Positions 44,004 through 54,962 of a DNA stretch of 64,000 nt are shown piece after piece (position 1 is the stretch's first letter; every line of letters begins with the position of its first letter). The notes under the pieces are model-generated. The model saw only the letters and a program-made list of their open reading frames with translations, did no database searches and was not told the origin of the DNA. The translations under genes were made by a program, and so were the position numbers. The DNA is from a virus (lineage: Duplodnaviria; Caudoviricetes): IMG/VR virus record IMGVR_UViG_3300027749_000034; one strand, given 5' to 3'.

Positions 44004-45193
44004 AAGACACAAGATGCGTGTTACCCTGGATGCATCTGGCCAGCCATCCCAATGGCGGCGTTAGTCTATGCTGTCGTAGCAATCACACTGATGCAGTCAG
44101 TTGGGCAATGAAGCCACGCACAACACAATTACAGACCTTTGACAATACCAACATCTTGACCATTGCCAACAGCGACAACTTTGTTCGTGTACGGCAAGAC
44201 ATGATTGATGGCAAGGAACCTGTTGAATGTGAAGGTTGCTGGCAGGATGAGGCCGCTGGCCTGGTCAGCAAGCGCATGTACGAAAATGAACGCTGGGCAC
44301 ATATTGTACCAGAGCTGGAACAAACAGCACGATTGACCAAGCCAAACTATCGTTATGTTGAGCTGAGACTTGGCAATGTATGCAACAATGCCTGCGTGAC
44401 CTGCAACAGTTTCAGCAGTAGCAAGTGGTACGGAGATGAAGTCAAGATTGCCAAGGATCTGCCTTGGTTTACATTGCGACCAATGGAAAACTTCAAATGG
44501 CATGACCGACCAGAGTTTTATTCTGAGCTGGCCACATTGAGCACAGATGTAGAAGAGATTTACATCAACGGTGGTGAACCAACACTGATAAAAGCACACT
44601 TTGGTTACCTTGAAAAGCTGATAGCCACAGGGCAAGCACAACAGGTACACTTGGTGTACAGTCTTAACATGATGGATATTCCAGACAGACTTGCTGACTT
44701 ATGGAAACACTTTAAACGGGTCACTGTCAACTGTAGTGTCGACGACTACGGTGCTAGAAATTATTACATTCGTTGGCCCAGTGTATGGGTTGACACAGTC
44801 AACAGCATCAAGAAATTGGATGCAATTCACACTGTGGACTGGCATGTGACACAAACTGTCAGCATATTCAATGTGTTTAATCTAGACAAACTGGATGACT
44901 GGATGCGATATTCATTTGATAAAAACACAACTCATAACTATGTGTTGTATCCAGACTATCTCAGTTTACAGGCTGTTCCAACAGCACTTAAAGCACAATT
45001 AAAATCCAAGTATGAATACAAGTTTGATGATGCCAAAAGAAATGAATTGTATGCCAAGCTTGACAGACCTTGGATTCCTGAATTGACTGTCAAGGCCAGG
45101 GAGTTTGTTACAGCGTTGGATAAGAGTCGTGAGTTAAACTATAAAACTTATGTGCCTGAACTAGAAGAAATTATAAATGCAGATACCAATTAA
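44000..45193 (+). CDS. radical SAM protein (array 4)
   Basis: CVLPW...LCC...CEGCW; CNNACVTC; GGEP. Confidence 0.9.
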   Translation: MKDTRCVLPWMHLASHPNGGVSLCCRSNHTDAVSWAMKPRTTQLQTFDNTNILTIANSDNFVRVRQDMIDGKEPVECEGCWQDEAAGLVSKRMYENERWAHIVPELEQTARLTKPNYRYVELRLGNVCNNACVTCNSFSSSKWYGDEVKIAKDLPWFTLRPMENFKWHDRPEFYSELATLSTDVEEIYINGGEPTLIKAHFGYLEKLIATGQAQQVHLVYSLNMMDIPDRLADLWKHFKRVTVNCSVDDYGARNYYIRWPSVWVDTVNSIKKLDAIHTVDWHVTQTVSIFNVFNLDKLDDWMRYSFDKNTTHNYVLYPDYLSLQAVPTALKAQLKSKYEYKFDDAKRNELYAKLDRPWIPELTVKAREFVTALDKSRELNYKTYVPELEEIINADTN

Positions 45194-46454
45194 CATTGAA
45201 CACAGCTTTTGTGCGGCCAAGTGGCTGATGGTCACCATGCACTTTGGCATGGGTGAGAATCACTCCTGCTATCATCCACCGATACACCGTTGGGACTTGG
45301 CGGATGTAAACACGAACCCAGGTGCATTGCACAACAGCAAGCACAAGATCAAACAGCGAGAAATGATGCTGAACGGCATCCGTCCCAAAGAGTGTAGCTA
45401 TTGTTGGGACATGGAAGACATTGATGCCACAGCAGTCAGTGATCGTAAGCGTTTTACCAATGAAACCTGGGCTATTGAACGCAGACAAGAGATATTATCT
45501 GCGCCAGCTGACCAGCCTGTTGGTCCAGCACACTTGGAAATTTCATTTGCCAACACCTGCAACTTTGCCTGTAGCTATTGCAGTCCTGGGCAAAGCTCAA
45601 CATGGGAACACGAAATAAGCAAGTACGGTTCATACCCAATTGAAGATCCAACTGTGCATCGAGACAAGATGCACGATATGATACCCGAGGATAACAATCC
45701 TTACATTGATGCATTTTGGAAGTGGTTACCTGAAATATATTCTGGCCTGCGTTATCTACGCATAACAGGTGGAGAGCCTTTGGCCACCCGTAACTTCATG
45801 AAGCTGTTGGATTATGTGGCAGAGAATCATAATCCTGAGCTGACACTGGTTGTCAACACCAACCTGTGTGTACCTGAAAAGAACTTGGATCTATTCTTTA
45901 CCAAAGCAACAGCATTGCTTGAAGCAAAGACTATTAAAGGACTCGAAGTTTACACCAGCATGGACACATGGGGACCACAAGCAGAATACATTCGTGACGG
46001 ACTTGACATTGTCAAGTGGGAAGCAACAGTACGCAAGGTCAGCACAACATTTGGAGTGCCTATTCGTGTAATGGTCACATTTGGCCTGATGAGTGTGTTT
46101 AACTTCAGTGTGTTTGTACAGAAAGTAATTGACATGCGAGCCGACGGCATTGATATCATGTTCAATTGCTGTCGTCTTGTTGACCCCAAGCAGTTTGACC
46201 TACGCATCTTGCCAGACAGTTGCGATCAATACTTTGATACAGTCAATGACTTTGTGCTGACCAATCCTACTGTGAGTGTTGAAAGAGAAACATGGGAAAT
46301 GGTCTATCAGTTCTGGAAGTCTAGACACACTGCAATGAATGTGATTGAGCGCGATCATCGCCGAGATCAATTTGCTCGATTCACAGCAGAGTATGATAAA
46401 CGCAGAAGCTTAAACTTTGCCGCGACCTTTCCGGAATTGGCAGGATGGATTTAA
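45177..46454 (+). CDS. radical SAM protein (array 5)
   Basis: CAAKW...SCYH...CSYCW; CNFACSYC; GGEP. Confidence 0.9.
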   Translation: MQIPINIEHSFCAAKWLMVTMHFGMGENHSCYHPPIHRWDLADVNTNPGALHNSKHKIKQREMMLNGIRPKECSYCWDMEDIDATAVSDRKRFTNETWAIERRQEILSAPADQPVGPAHLEISFANTCNFACSYCSPGQSSTWEHEISKYGSYPIEDPTVHRDKMHDMIPEDNNPYIDAFWKWLPEIYSGLRYLRITGGEPLATRNFMKLLDYVAENHNPELTLVVNTNLCVPEKNLDLFFTKATALLEAKTIKGLEVYTSMDTWGPQAEYIRDGLDIVKWEATVRKVSTTFGVPIRVMVTFGLMSVFNFSVFVQKVIDMRADGIDIMFNCCRLVDPKQFDLRILPDSCDQYFDTVNDFVLTNPTVSVERETWEMVYQFWKSRHTAMNVIERDHRRDQFARFTAEYDKRRSLNFAATFPELAGWI

Positions 46455-47560
46455 CACCTTTTAAAAACTGTCTGGCGCATCGGCACGGCCTGTACATATC
46501 AAATGAAACCAAGCCATACATGCCTTGCTGTTGGTTCAAGCCCGGAGTCAGTGCCAGTACCTACAGCGAATATCAAAGTAAATTGAGTGAAATTGATATT
46601 GCCGCCGGCTGTCGACATTGTATTGATCAAGAAAGTGCAGGCGCAACATGGAGCCATCGTCAGTTGTTTAAAGATGTAAATGAGTTGGTCATTGGTGTAT
46701 GCTTTGACAATCTTTGCAATATCAAATGTATCACTTGTAATCCCTATTATAGTAGTCAGCACATAAGCGAGTGGGAAAAGTTGGACAAGTTCAATACTCG
46801 TGGGCTTACCAAGAAATACTTTAACACCATGCTGGATCAGGGCAGTAGCAAGCTTGCAATGATTGAAGATACTATATCAAACTCAAGTTTTAATAAGTTA
46901 CGCTTAGAAATTTTTGGTGGTGAACCATTGATCAATCCAGTGGTGTTGAAGTTCATTGCCTGGCTGGCCGCCAGTGACCATGCCGATATAACTGAACTGG
47001 TTATAACAACAAATGGTACTACCTCACTGACAGTGATTGAATCTGAATTAAAAAACTTCAAGCGAGTATTGATTCAATTCAGTGTAGATGGAGTTGACGA
47101 GGCATTTGATTCAATGCGTTACGGCGCTGACTTTGACAAAATGAAAGTCAATGTTGATTACTTCCGGGCGTTGACACAGTTGCACAACAATCTAAATTAC
47201 GGGTTTAATTTTACTTTGTCCTGGCTAAATGCTGATTCATTCCTGCCCTATTACAATTGGTTGCTGTTAAATTATATTGATGCGGACAGTTTACATTTGA
47301 CAAAACTAGATAGGCCAGAATATTATGCAGTTAATTTACTGCCAGAGTCTCGACGAGACAGCTTGTTGTCATTGTTGCCACAGTTGGCACCTAATCAACA
47401 GTTTCAAAGACTGTTGGATCTATATAAAGAATCTTTACAATTTACAACCAATATTGACACAGCTCTGTTGAGTCAAGGCATTAACGAATTGAAAAAGCTA
47501 GTGACTGTTCGCAACCATAATGAACATATACAAAGATTGATTGACGAATACCAGACATAA
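46445..47560 (+). CDS. radical SAM protein (array 6)
   Basis: CLAH...PCC...CRHC; CNIKCITC; GGEP. Confidence 0.9.
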   Translation: MDLTPFKNCLAHRHGLYISNETKPYMPCCWFKPGVSASTYSEYQSKLSEIDIAAGCRHCIDQESAGATWSHRQLFKDVNELVIGVCFDNLCNIKCITCNPYYSSQHISEWEKLDKFNTRGLTKKYFNTMLDQGSSKLAMIEDTISNSSFNKLRLEIFGGEPLINPVVLKFIAWLAASDHADITELVITTNGTTSLTVIESELKNFKRVLIQFSVDGVDEAFDSMRYGADFDKMKVNVDYFRALTQLHNNLNYGFNFTLSWLNADSFLPYYNWLLLNYIDADSLHLTKLDRPEYYAVNLLPESRRDSLLSLLPQLAPNQQFQRLLDLYKESLQFTTNIDTALLSQGINELKKLVTVRNHNEHIQRLIDEYQT

Positions 47561-47569
47561 CCTGTTGAA

Positions 47570-47575
47570 TAAATA
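47570..47575 (+). promoter_or_regulatory. T4-late-like promoter box
   Basis: TAAATA-N5-ATG(47581). Confidence 0.6.
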
Positions 47576-47580
47576 TCGCT

Positions 47581-48900
47581 ATGAACACTGAATTTAACCC
47601 GCTAGAATTGGCCAAGAAAAGTAGAACCTTCTGTATCCTGCCTTGGATCCATCAATATGTAGGACCACCTGGAGATGTCAAGCCCTGCTGTGTATACGAA
47701 CACAAGGAACAAATTGGCAGTCTCAAACAAAATACACTAAAAGAAATTTGGAACAATGACGCTACGCGGACCATGCGCCTGAAATTTCTAAACGGTGAAG
47801 AAGATGCCAACTGTGGTCGTTGCAACAGCAGAGTTGAATTGGAAGCTGAATTTAAAAATAAATTTAACGATGACTTCTTTAAGAACAATCAAGCTGTACA
47901 CTCAATTGTGGCCGCAACCAATCCTGATGGTAGCCTAGACGAACACAAGTTGATCTACATGGATGTGCGTTTTAACAATCTATGTAATCTAGGGTGCCGC
48001 AGTTGTGGTCCACACTTTAGCACCAGTTGGATTGTGGATAGTCGCAAGCTGTACAACAAGAAGACCAAAGAATCAATCAATGATGAATTCCAGTTTCCAG
48101 GGCAAACAGAAGAACAAGCACTAGAAGAAATGATGCCGCATCTGCCCACAATGAAAAGCATTTATTTTGCCGGTGGCGAACCATTGATGCAAAAAGAACA
48201 CTACGAAACACTGAACAAGCTGGTAGAGCTGGGTAATTCGCAATGCGGTATTAGATACAATACAAACTTCAGTAAACTGACCCTGGGCAAACATGATGTG
48301 ATTGAATATTGGAAAAACTTCAAGGATATCAATGTCAATGCCAGTCTGGATGGCAGTTATGCCAAAGCAGAATACTGGCGTCACGGTACTGTATGGAAGG
48401 ATGTTGTGGCCAACAGATTGCGAATGCGCGAACAAGCGCCACATGTTAGATTCAACATTGGCTTTACGCTCAGTTGGCCCAACGCTCACAACCTGATTGA
48501 ATTCCACAGAGAATGGGTAGAGCTGGGTTATATTCACCCAGATAACATCTTATTAAATGTTCTAGATGGACCAAGCTATTACTCGTTAAAGAATATTCCA
48601 GACTGGAAGAAGCATCAAATTGAAAAGCTTTTTAGAGAACAAATGACATGGCTACAGGAACGAGGATGCAACAAACAAACCCTGTTCATGTACGAAACAG
48701 CTATTGGGTTTATGTGGCAAGTACGCTCACTTGAAACTTATAAGATTACAAACCTGCACGACAGTTTGAAGAACTTTAGTCGCATTACCAAGAAGCTGGA
48801 TACAATTCGCGGAGAAGATTTTTGGAAAACATTTCCAGAGCATGCTGATATGCGAGACTACATGACCGAGCATGATCTACACGACGAATTTGATTACTAA
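47581..48900 (+). CDS. radical SAM protein (array 7)
   Basis: CILPW...PCC...CGRC; CNLGCRSC; GGEP. Confidence 0.9.
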   Translation: MNTEFNPLELAKKSRTFCILPWIHQYVGPPGDVKPCCVYEHKEQIGSLKQNTLKEIWNNDATRTMRLKFLNGEEDANCGRCNSRVELEAEFKNKFNDDFFKNNQAVHSIVAATNPDGSLDEHKLIYMDVRFNNLCNLGCRSCGPHFSTSWIVDSRKLYNKKTKESINDEFQFPGQTEEQALEEMMPHLPTMKSIYFAGGEPLMQKEHYETLNKLVELGNSQCGIRYNTNFSKLTLGKHDVIEYWKNFKDINVNASLDGSYAKAEYWRHGTVWKDVVANRLRMREQAPHVRFNIGFTLSWPNAHNLIEFHREWVELGYIHPDNILLNVLDGPSYYSLKNIPDWKKHQIEKLFREQMTWLQERGCNKQTLFMYETAIGFMWQVRSLETYKITNLHDSLKNFSRITKKLDTIRGEDFWKTFPEHADMRDYMTEHDLHDEFDY

Positions 48901-50153
48901 TGAATGAGCAAAAACTATTTAAAATTCGTCAGGCAACAAGTCCAACATTTTGCTTGGCCAAGTTTCACGAAGCAAGTATCTGGGTATACTCAGGCAAGAT
49001 AGCCAGCTGTCATTATACGCCATTCCTACAGGTTGGCACCACAGTTGACACATTCTACAATCCGCCAGAAAAACGCAGTCACCAACAGAGTATGCTGGCC
49101 GGAGAACAGCCGCCTGCATGCAACAGTTGCTGGCATTTTGAGAATCTTGGCTTGACCAGTGATCGTACTCGCAAAAGCCTGGCATTTACGGATCACTTGA
49201 CAGCAGAGGAATACTTTGATCCTGCTTACAACTTTAAACCAAAAGCATTGGAGTTGGCATTTCAAAACACCTGCAACCTGGCCTGTAGCTATTGCAGTCC
49301 ACAGTTCAGCACCAGCTGGATCAATGATATTCGAACTCGAGGTGTATACACTGGAATCATCACAGACGACCGCAAGCACTATCAAAAGGATCTGAGTGAA
49401 CTGGATGAAATGATTGCGCCCCCAGATATGACATTGTTCTGGCAGTGGTTTGAAACAGTTGCTCCAGGACTAGAAAGTATTCGTGTCAGTGGTGGTGAAC
49501 CACTCATGCACGAAGAAGTATTCAAACTGTTTGACCGGATGACCGAAATAAATCCCAATATTGAATGTGTCGTACACACTAACCTTTGTCAAAAGCCCGT
49601 GGTAATTGAACGCTTCTTAGAAAAAGCCAAGCGATTAAACAACCTGCGTGTCAATGTCAGCAATGAAAGTGCAGGTGCTGTGGCAGAGTTTATTCGCGAA
49701 GGCATGGTCTACGATGAATGGTTGCATAATATGGAATTATTATGCAACAGCAATGTCAGCGTGGCCACAGTCAGCACAACCTGTAGCGCAATTAGCCTAC
49801 AAGCCCTGGATCGAATGTATATTGACATCATTAAAATGCGAGAGCGCACTCGTATTAAACCAGCTGTCACTATTAATATGGTAGACAAACCAGACTTCCA
49901 GGGCTTTGGTTGTTTAAGCAGAGCAGACAGAGACTTTTATATCAAAAAATACACTGCCTTCTATGCCACGATTCAAAATGATTTACTTCCATTTGAAGTA
50001 GAGTACGCTGAACGATTGATTAAAATGTTAGATGCGGGGCTTATTAAAGATAACCAAGCGGCATTGCGTAAGGATAGCGATACATTCTTTGAACAGTACA
50101 CACAGCGAAGAAACAAGCCTGTTAACTTTGCACAATTTATAGGCAAAGTATGA
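48900..50153 (+). CDS. radical SAM protein (array 8)
   Basis: CLAKF...SCH...CNSCW; CNLACSYC; GGEP. Confidence 0.9.
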   Translation: MNEQKLFKIRQATSPTFCLAKFHEASIWVYSGKIASCHYTPFLQVGTTVDTFYNPPEKRSHQQSMLAGEQPPACNSCWHFENLGLTSDRTRKSLAFTDHLTAEEYFDPAYNFKPKALELAFQNTCNLACSYCSPQFSTSWINDIRTRGVYTGIITDDRKHYQKDLSELDEMIAPPDMTLFWQWFETVAPGLESIRVSGGEPLMHEEVFKLFDRMTEINPNIECVVHTNLCQKPVVIERFLEKAKRLNNLRVNVSNESAGAVAEFIREGMVYDEWLHNMELLCNSNVSVATVSTTCSAISLQALDRMYIDIIKMRERTRIKPAVTINMVDKPDFQGFGCLSRADRDFYIKKYTAFYATIQNDLLPFEVEYAERLIKMLDAGLIKDNQAALRKDSDTFFEQYTQRRNKPVNFAQFIGKV

Positions 50154-50713
50154 TAACAAAATTAGTTGATCAGTTTCCTAATTTGCTAATCATGGAAGTG
50201 CATGATGTTGCCCTTCCGGAGATTAAGTTTGAAGAGTTAGTATACACAGAACCAGACCATCATACCAATAAAATGTATCCAGGTAAACGATACTATGAGG
50301 ATTACAAGAATCCTGTTGGTTACAAGGTTAGTTGCCTCTTTAGAGATATAGTGTTTAATTTTATCATTCAACCAATGAGAGATGACATGAGATTTAAACC
50401 CTATGAACAGTATCTTGGTAACCTTACATTTGGAACACAAATATGTAGAGATGATCCAGGCTGGCAACAGCAAATGCACATTGACCAGCCTGTAATATTG
50501 TTATCTGGGGTAGTGCATATAACTGATACAATTACACCTACCCATTTTTATGCCAACAGTAATGATACAACGCCAATTTATACAGCACCATCAAAGGCTG
50601 GTTCGGGCGCATTCTGGTTAAACCTGCCAAACAGTTGGCATAATGTACCACCTGTAACAGAACAAAGAAATCACATTATTACATTCGTACAGGTATCAAG
50701 AGAAATATGTTAA
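50150..50713 (+). CDS. 2OG-Fe(II) oxygenase-like protein
   Basis: MHID...SWHNV...R. Confidence 0.7.
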   Translation: MITKLVDQFPNLLIMEVHDVALPEIKFEELVYTEPDHHTNKMYPGKRYYEDYKNPVGYKVSCLFRDIVFNFIIQPMRDDMRFKPYEQYLGNLTFGTQICRDDPGWQQQMHIDQPVILLSGVVHITDTITPTHFYANSNDTTPIYTAPSKAGSGAFWLNLPNSWHNVPPVTEQRNHIITFVQVSREIC

Positions 50714-51633
50714 TTTACAAATACACAGCACCACAGGGCGAAATAAAACAAATTGAAGTTGAATTATTAGATAATAAATTTGTCAATGAATGGCAACAAT
50801 ACCTGACTCGTACTGCCGCTAGATTGCCAAGCATATTGTGGAATTTTAGTAGTCATGGTATGGCCAAACAGTACAAGGCCAATCCAATTCCTTTACTAAC
50901 TGATTTACATAAGTCATTTGTGTTTTTACAAACTCATCTTGGTATTGACTTTGCTAAAGAAATTGCAGATTTGGTACACTTACTAGAAGTACCCAACGAT
51001 TTAACACAGGCACATCTTAATACATGGCATAGACACTTTACCACTGTGGCAACAGAATACTACAGCGGTCGCATGAAAATACCAGCAGAGGTTAGAGTAG
51101 ATGAAATGTTCGAACGATTCCATGCATTAAATCAGAATGTACACGATTTAGAGTTTATGACATACCCGACACTAAGTCGCCGAACAGCCATTGGTGATAA
51201 ACAACAGTATAGCGCATTCTGTGCCGACGCTAGAGCACTTGAAGGCAGTAATGCGTTGTGGGCCAGCGGCCACGCAGAAAGTATCACAGACTCGTTTGAT
51301 CCGGCCACTGAAGAATATCACTATGATGTATGGATCAATGAAGATATACAGGGCAAAGATCATATGAAGGCCTGGCTAGACGAAGATGACCTATTGGAAA
51401 CAGATGTGTGGGGCAACAGTTTTATGACTCCGAATGTCATGTTTGATCCTCACATGATATATGCCAGCATAATTGACAATCCAGCGTTCATGGCCGACTA
51501 TCAAGCCAGTGCCAAGAAACTGAATCGCTGGCCCTTGGGCAAGATAGTTAACACAGTCGATTGGCCAAAATTAACCAAGAGCAGGATTAGCTCTATCGTA
51601 TTAGATAATATTACATTATGGAAAATTCAATGA
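50707..51633 (+). CDS. hypothetical protein
   Basis: Coupled ORF in the array operon. Confidence 0.7.
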   Translation: MLIYKYTAPQGEIKQIEVELLDNKFVNEWQQYLTRTAARLPSILWNFSSHGMAKQYKANPIPLLTDLHKSFVFLQTHLGIDFAKEIADLVHLLEVPNDLTQAHLNTWHRHFTTVATEYYSGRMKIPAEVRVDEMFERFHALNQNVHDLEFMTYPTLSRRTAIGDKQQYSAFCADARALEGSNALWASGHAESITDSFDPATEEYHYDVWINEDIQGKDHMKAWLDEDDLLETDVWGNSFMTPNVMFDPHMIYASIIDNPAFMADYQASAKKLNRWPLGKIVNTVDWPKLTKSRISSIVLDNITLWKIQ

Positions 51634-53069
51634 AAACAGTGGCATTTGCATTGTATGATCAACTTGATCACAAGAATAAAACATACAGAGACCATGTCAG
51701 AGCTATTTCTACCTTTGATATTCGTGTCACAATGAACAGGCGCGGTCTAAACAAGCATTCAATTCTAGAAGGCAACAACATTGATGCATTGATATCACAA
51801 GCGTTTGACGCCGGTTACGATTATATCTACCTAATGAACATTGGTTATATCACCAGCGATCATGACCTGATCGCAAACATATTGAATTTCGCAGAAGAAA
51901 ATGAGTATGGATTAGTTGGACATCTATTAGAAGACCAAAAATATTTTAAAGGCCAATCCGAGGGATTTTTCCATTTACACACACAAAGCTTTCTTTTAAA
52001 TCTGCATATATGGAACAATTTTGGTTGTCCACGCTTTGGTGACAAAGGCACAGTACACGATATTAAAATTGCAGATTACAACAGAAGCGATGAAAACATA
52101 CACGATGATTATACCCCATTGTGGCTGACACCTGTGGGTGGCCCGCGACCACCAAATTTACAATCAAATGCCAAAACATACTCGGGCCCGGTCGGGCCCG
52201 GTTGGAACTTGATTAATACTTTCCTGACAAATCAATGTGCTGTTGGTAATTTTGATGAATATATTAGAAGAAAGAAGTCATATCTATATCCAGAAATTGA
52301 TGACGACAGGTTTGAGCGCATACTGGGTGGCGAGCAAGGAATTACTGTAGAACCCACTGGTCCAACTTATGCTCAATGCCATTATCTTAAAGAAACAGAC
52401 TTTACCAATGTGACAGGCGCAGTATTTGTTTTTAATAACGACAGCATGGAATTAGAAAGAATTAAGTATTCTCCGACGACACGACTGGGCACATTGTATG
52501 CTGTGGCCGCTGGTTTTAAACCTTTACAGTTGCTAAGCCAAGTTGATTGTGATACGGCCCGAGTAGTGTACATTGACTACAGCCAAGACGCATTAAACTA
52601 TCGCCAATGGTTAGTTGATAACTGGGACGGTGTTGATTATATGCAGGCCATAGAACAGTACCGACAAGTAAATCCCAACTTTGATCCAATTTGGCTGCCT
52701 GGTCGTCAACAACAGTATCCACAAGAATGGGCAAATACACTTGATTTATTTGGTGGCCAACAACAATGGTTAAAGTTTTGGAACAAGTACAAGGCACTGG
52801 AGCATGGGTATATTAAAACCAATTTAATAAATGAATATTCGGCCATGCTTGCGGACATGAAACAAAATCCTGGTAATAATATGATTTGGATCAGCAACAG
52901 CTTCCACACTCCTGCGACAATTAGAAACTTTGCACCAGGCTTATTACAGGACAGCTGGGACGACTTTCTAAAATCTGTAGTTGACAACAATGTATGTGTA
53001 CAAATGGTTGGATATGATCACATCGGCGGATATCAAACTCGATTACATGGTAAAATACAATATGAATGA
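51630..53069 (+). CDS. hypothetical protein (possible two-domain transferase)
   Basis: Coupled ORF; VVYIDYS segment weakly methyltransferase-like. Confidence 0.65.
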   Translation: MKTVAFALYDQLDHKNKTYRDHVRAISTFDIRVTMNRRGLNKHSILEGNNIDALISQAFDAGYDYIYLMNIGYITSDHDLIANILNFAEENEYGLVGHLLEDQKYFKGQSEGFFHLHTQSFLLNLHIWNNFGCPRFGDKGTVHDIKIADYNRSDENIHDDYTPLWLTPVGGPRPPNLQSNAKTYSGPVGPGWNLINTFLTNQCAVGNFDEYIRRKKSYLYPEIDDDRFERILGGEQGITVEPTGPTYAQCHYLKETDFTNVTGAVFVFNNDSMELERIKYSPTTRLGTLYAVAAGFKPLQLLSQVDCDTARVVYIDYSQDALNYRQWLVDNWDGVDYMQAIEQYRQVNPNFDPIWLPGRQQQYPQEWANTLDLFGGQQQWLKFWNKYKALEHGYIKTNLINEYSAMLADMKQNPGNNMIWISNSFHTPATIRNFAPGLLQDSWDDFLKSVVDNNVCVQMVGYDHIGGYQTRLHGKIQYE

Positions 53070-53775
53070 ACAGATTGTTGAATTTTTTGCTGACACGCCC
53101 TGGACTTTTAATTTTAAAGAACAGGCAGTTCCTGCATTCGATTCCGACAGGGAACTGGTGCAGTGGCTGATATACAAAAGCGGCTGGCCATACCTGCCAT
53201 TGGAATTGCCCGGCGCACCTTATGCAGATATGCTGGCAGAAGCCGCGGCATTAGAGGACTTGTATATTGCACATAGAAGTTATGGCAGTCCTGGCTGGAG
53301 AAGCATTTGCTTACACGGCGAAGCTTGGGACAAGACTGATTATTATACTGCCTACCCTGAAAATGCAGGCCGTAATGCTAATGAAATTATATATAAATGG
53401 ACAGAAATTGCAGAACGCTGTCCTGTCACTACCAAATACTTTAAAGACGAATTTCCCAACCACAATTATCAGCGATTACGATACATGTGGCTGGATCCGC
53501 AGGGCTACATTGAACCACATCAAGACAGGACAGAACATTTCTTATCCCCAATCAATGTGGCATTAAACAATCCAGACGGGTGTGTTTTTAGAATGAAAGG
53601 TCATGGTGATGTCCCTTTTAAAGATTCGGGCAATGCTTGCCTAGTAGACGTTGGTCGCATACATAGTGTATGGAACAACAGTTCCGAGCCCAGGATACAC
53701 ATGATATCGCATGGTGCACCTTCCGCTACATTTGACAAAATAGTAGCAGACAGCCTGAGAGCCGCACTTAAATGA
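53062..53775 (+). CDS. Asp/Asn beta-hydroxylase-like 2OG-Fe(II) oxygenase
   Basis: GYIEPHQD...HSVWNNSSEPRIHM. Confidence 0.8.
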   Translation: MNEQIVEFFADTPWTFNFKEQAVPAFDSDRELVQWLIYKSGWPYLPLELPGAPYADMLAEAAALEDLYIAHRSYGSPGWRSICLHGEAWDKTDYYTAYPENAGRNANEIIYKWTEIAERCPVTTKYFKDEFPNHNYQRLRYMWLDPQGYIEPHQDRTEHFLSPINVALNNPDGCVFRMKGHGDVPFKDSGNACLVDVGRIHSVWNNSSEPRIHMISHGAPSATFDKIVADSLRAALK

Positions 53776-54938
53776 TATATGACCTGACAAAGATACGCAG
53801 AGTACAGATAGAATTATCCAGCAGGTGCAATGCCAGCTGTCCTGCATGCAGTCGCAACTACAGCGGCGGTCCAGTTGTAGCTGGTTTTGAACAGGTTGAT
53901 CTAAGTACCAACGACATGCGGACATTTTTCTCTCCAGAAATAATTAAAAATATAGAACACATCAACTATTGTGGCAATTTAGGTGATCCGGGCATAGTCA
54001 AAGACTTACCCGACACTTTATTGTATTTTAAAGTGCATGGCAATAAAAATTTAAAGCAGGTGGTGCGGACCAACGGTGGCATGCGTGGCACCGAGCATTG
54101 GGCCAAGATTGCCCAACTGTTGCCCAAGCCCAATATCAAGCCAGAATTTGCATTCACCAACAGCGGAGTGGTGTTTGGAGTCGACGGATTAGAAGACACC
54201 AATCACATTTATCGACGCGGTGTTGTGTGGAACAAGGTCTGGGCCAATATGAAAGCATACAGCGAAGCAGGTGGGTATGGTATTTGGGAGTATTTGATTT
54301 TTGATCACAATAAACATCAAGTTGATGAAGCTCGAGCATTGGCCGACACACTGGGCTTTACTTTTATTCTTAAAACTCCACTGGGGTTCGGCGAAAATGA
54401 GGGAATTCAACGAGCACTGAATGTGCATGACAAAAATGGAGATTACGAATATTCTATTTGGCCGCATGACTTTGCAGGCGAAAAAATAATACCCAAAGCG
54501 CATAAGACATTTAAGATCAGTTCTATTGTTGGAACAGTTCCGATACTAAGCGAATACAGTAGACAATTGGGCAAGGAATCTATAATCAAATGTAAATCAT
54601 TTGAATATCCAGAACATCAGGAAATTTTTATATCGGCCAGCGGGCATTTGTTGCCCTGCTGTTACCTTGGCGGCGCATTTGGTCAAAAAAATACCAGTTA
54701 TGCAAGATATCAATTCAATGAAAAAATTGATAAAACAGGATTAGATGAATTTGACCTTAGAAAACACAGCCTGGTTGACATATTGTCCGGCCCCAAATTC
54801 AACAACTTCTTCGACGAAGCTTGGAACAAAGATACTGTGGAAAATGGTAAAATGTTATTTTGTGCTGAAGTATGTGGTCAAAAGAGTTCGCATGATAAAA
54901 TATACACAAAAGGAACAACTAATGGTCCAACAGTATAA
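53772..54938 (+). CDS. radical SAM protein with C-terminal SPASM/twitch-like Cys
   Basis: CNASCPAC; GNLGDP; C...PCC...CAEVC. Confidence 0.9.
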   Translation: MIYDLTKIRRVQIELSSRCNASCPACSRNYSGGPVVAGFEQVDLSTNDMRTFFSPEIIKNIEHINYCGNLGDPGIVKDLPDTLLYFKVHGNKNLKQVVRTNGGMRGTEHWAKIAQLLPKPNIKPEFAFTNSGVVFGVDGLEDTNHIYRRGVVWNKVWANMKAYSEAGGYGIWEYLIFDHNKHQVDEARALADTLGFTFILKTPLGFGENEGIQRALNVHDKNGDYEYSIWPHDFAGEKIIPKAHKTFKISSIVGTVPILSEYSRQLGKESIIKCKSFEYPEHQEIFISASGHLLPCCYLGGAFGQKNTSYARYQFNEKIDKTGLDEFDLRKHSLVDILSGPKFNNFFDEAWNKDTVENGKMLFCAEVCGQKSSHDKIYTKGTTNGPTV

Positions 54939-54962
54939 ATATAGCTTTAAAGAACCTTATAA

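Noticed and set aside
39441-54938. MoaA/PqqE/NifB cofactor biosynthesis
   Set aside because: No partner genes (moaC, pqqA-D, nif); MoaA C-terminal GG motif absent; auxiliary Cys motif is N-terminal in eight of nine
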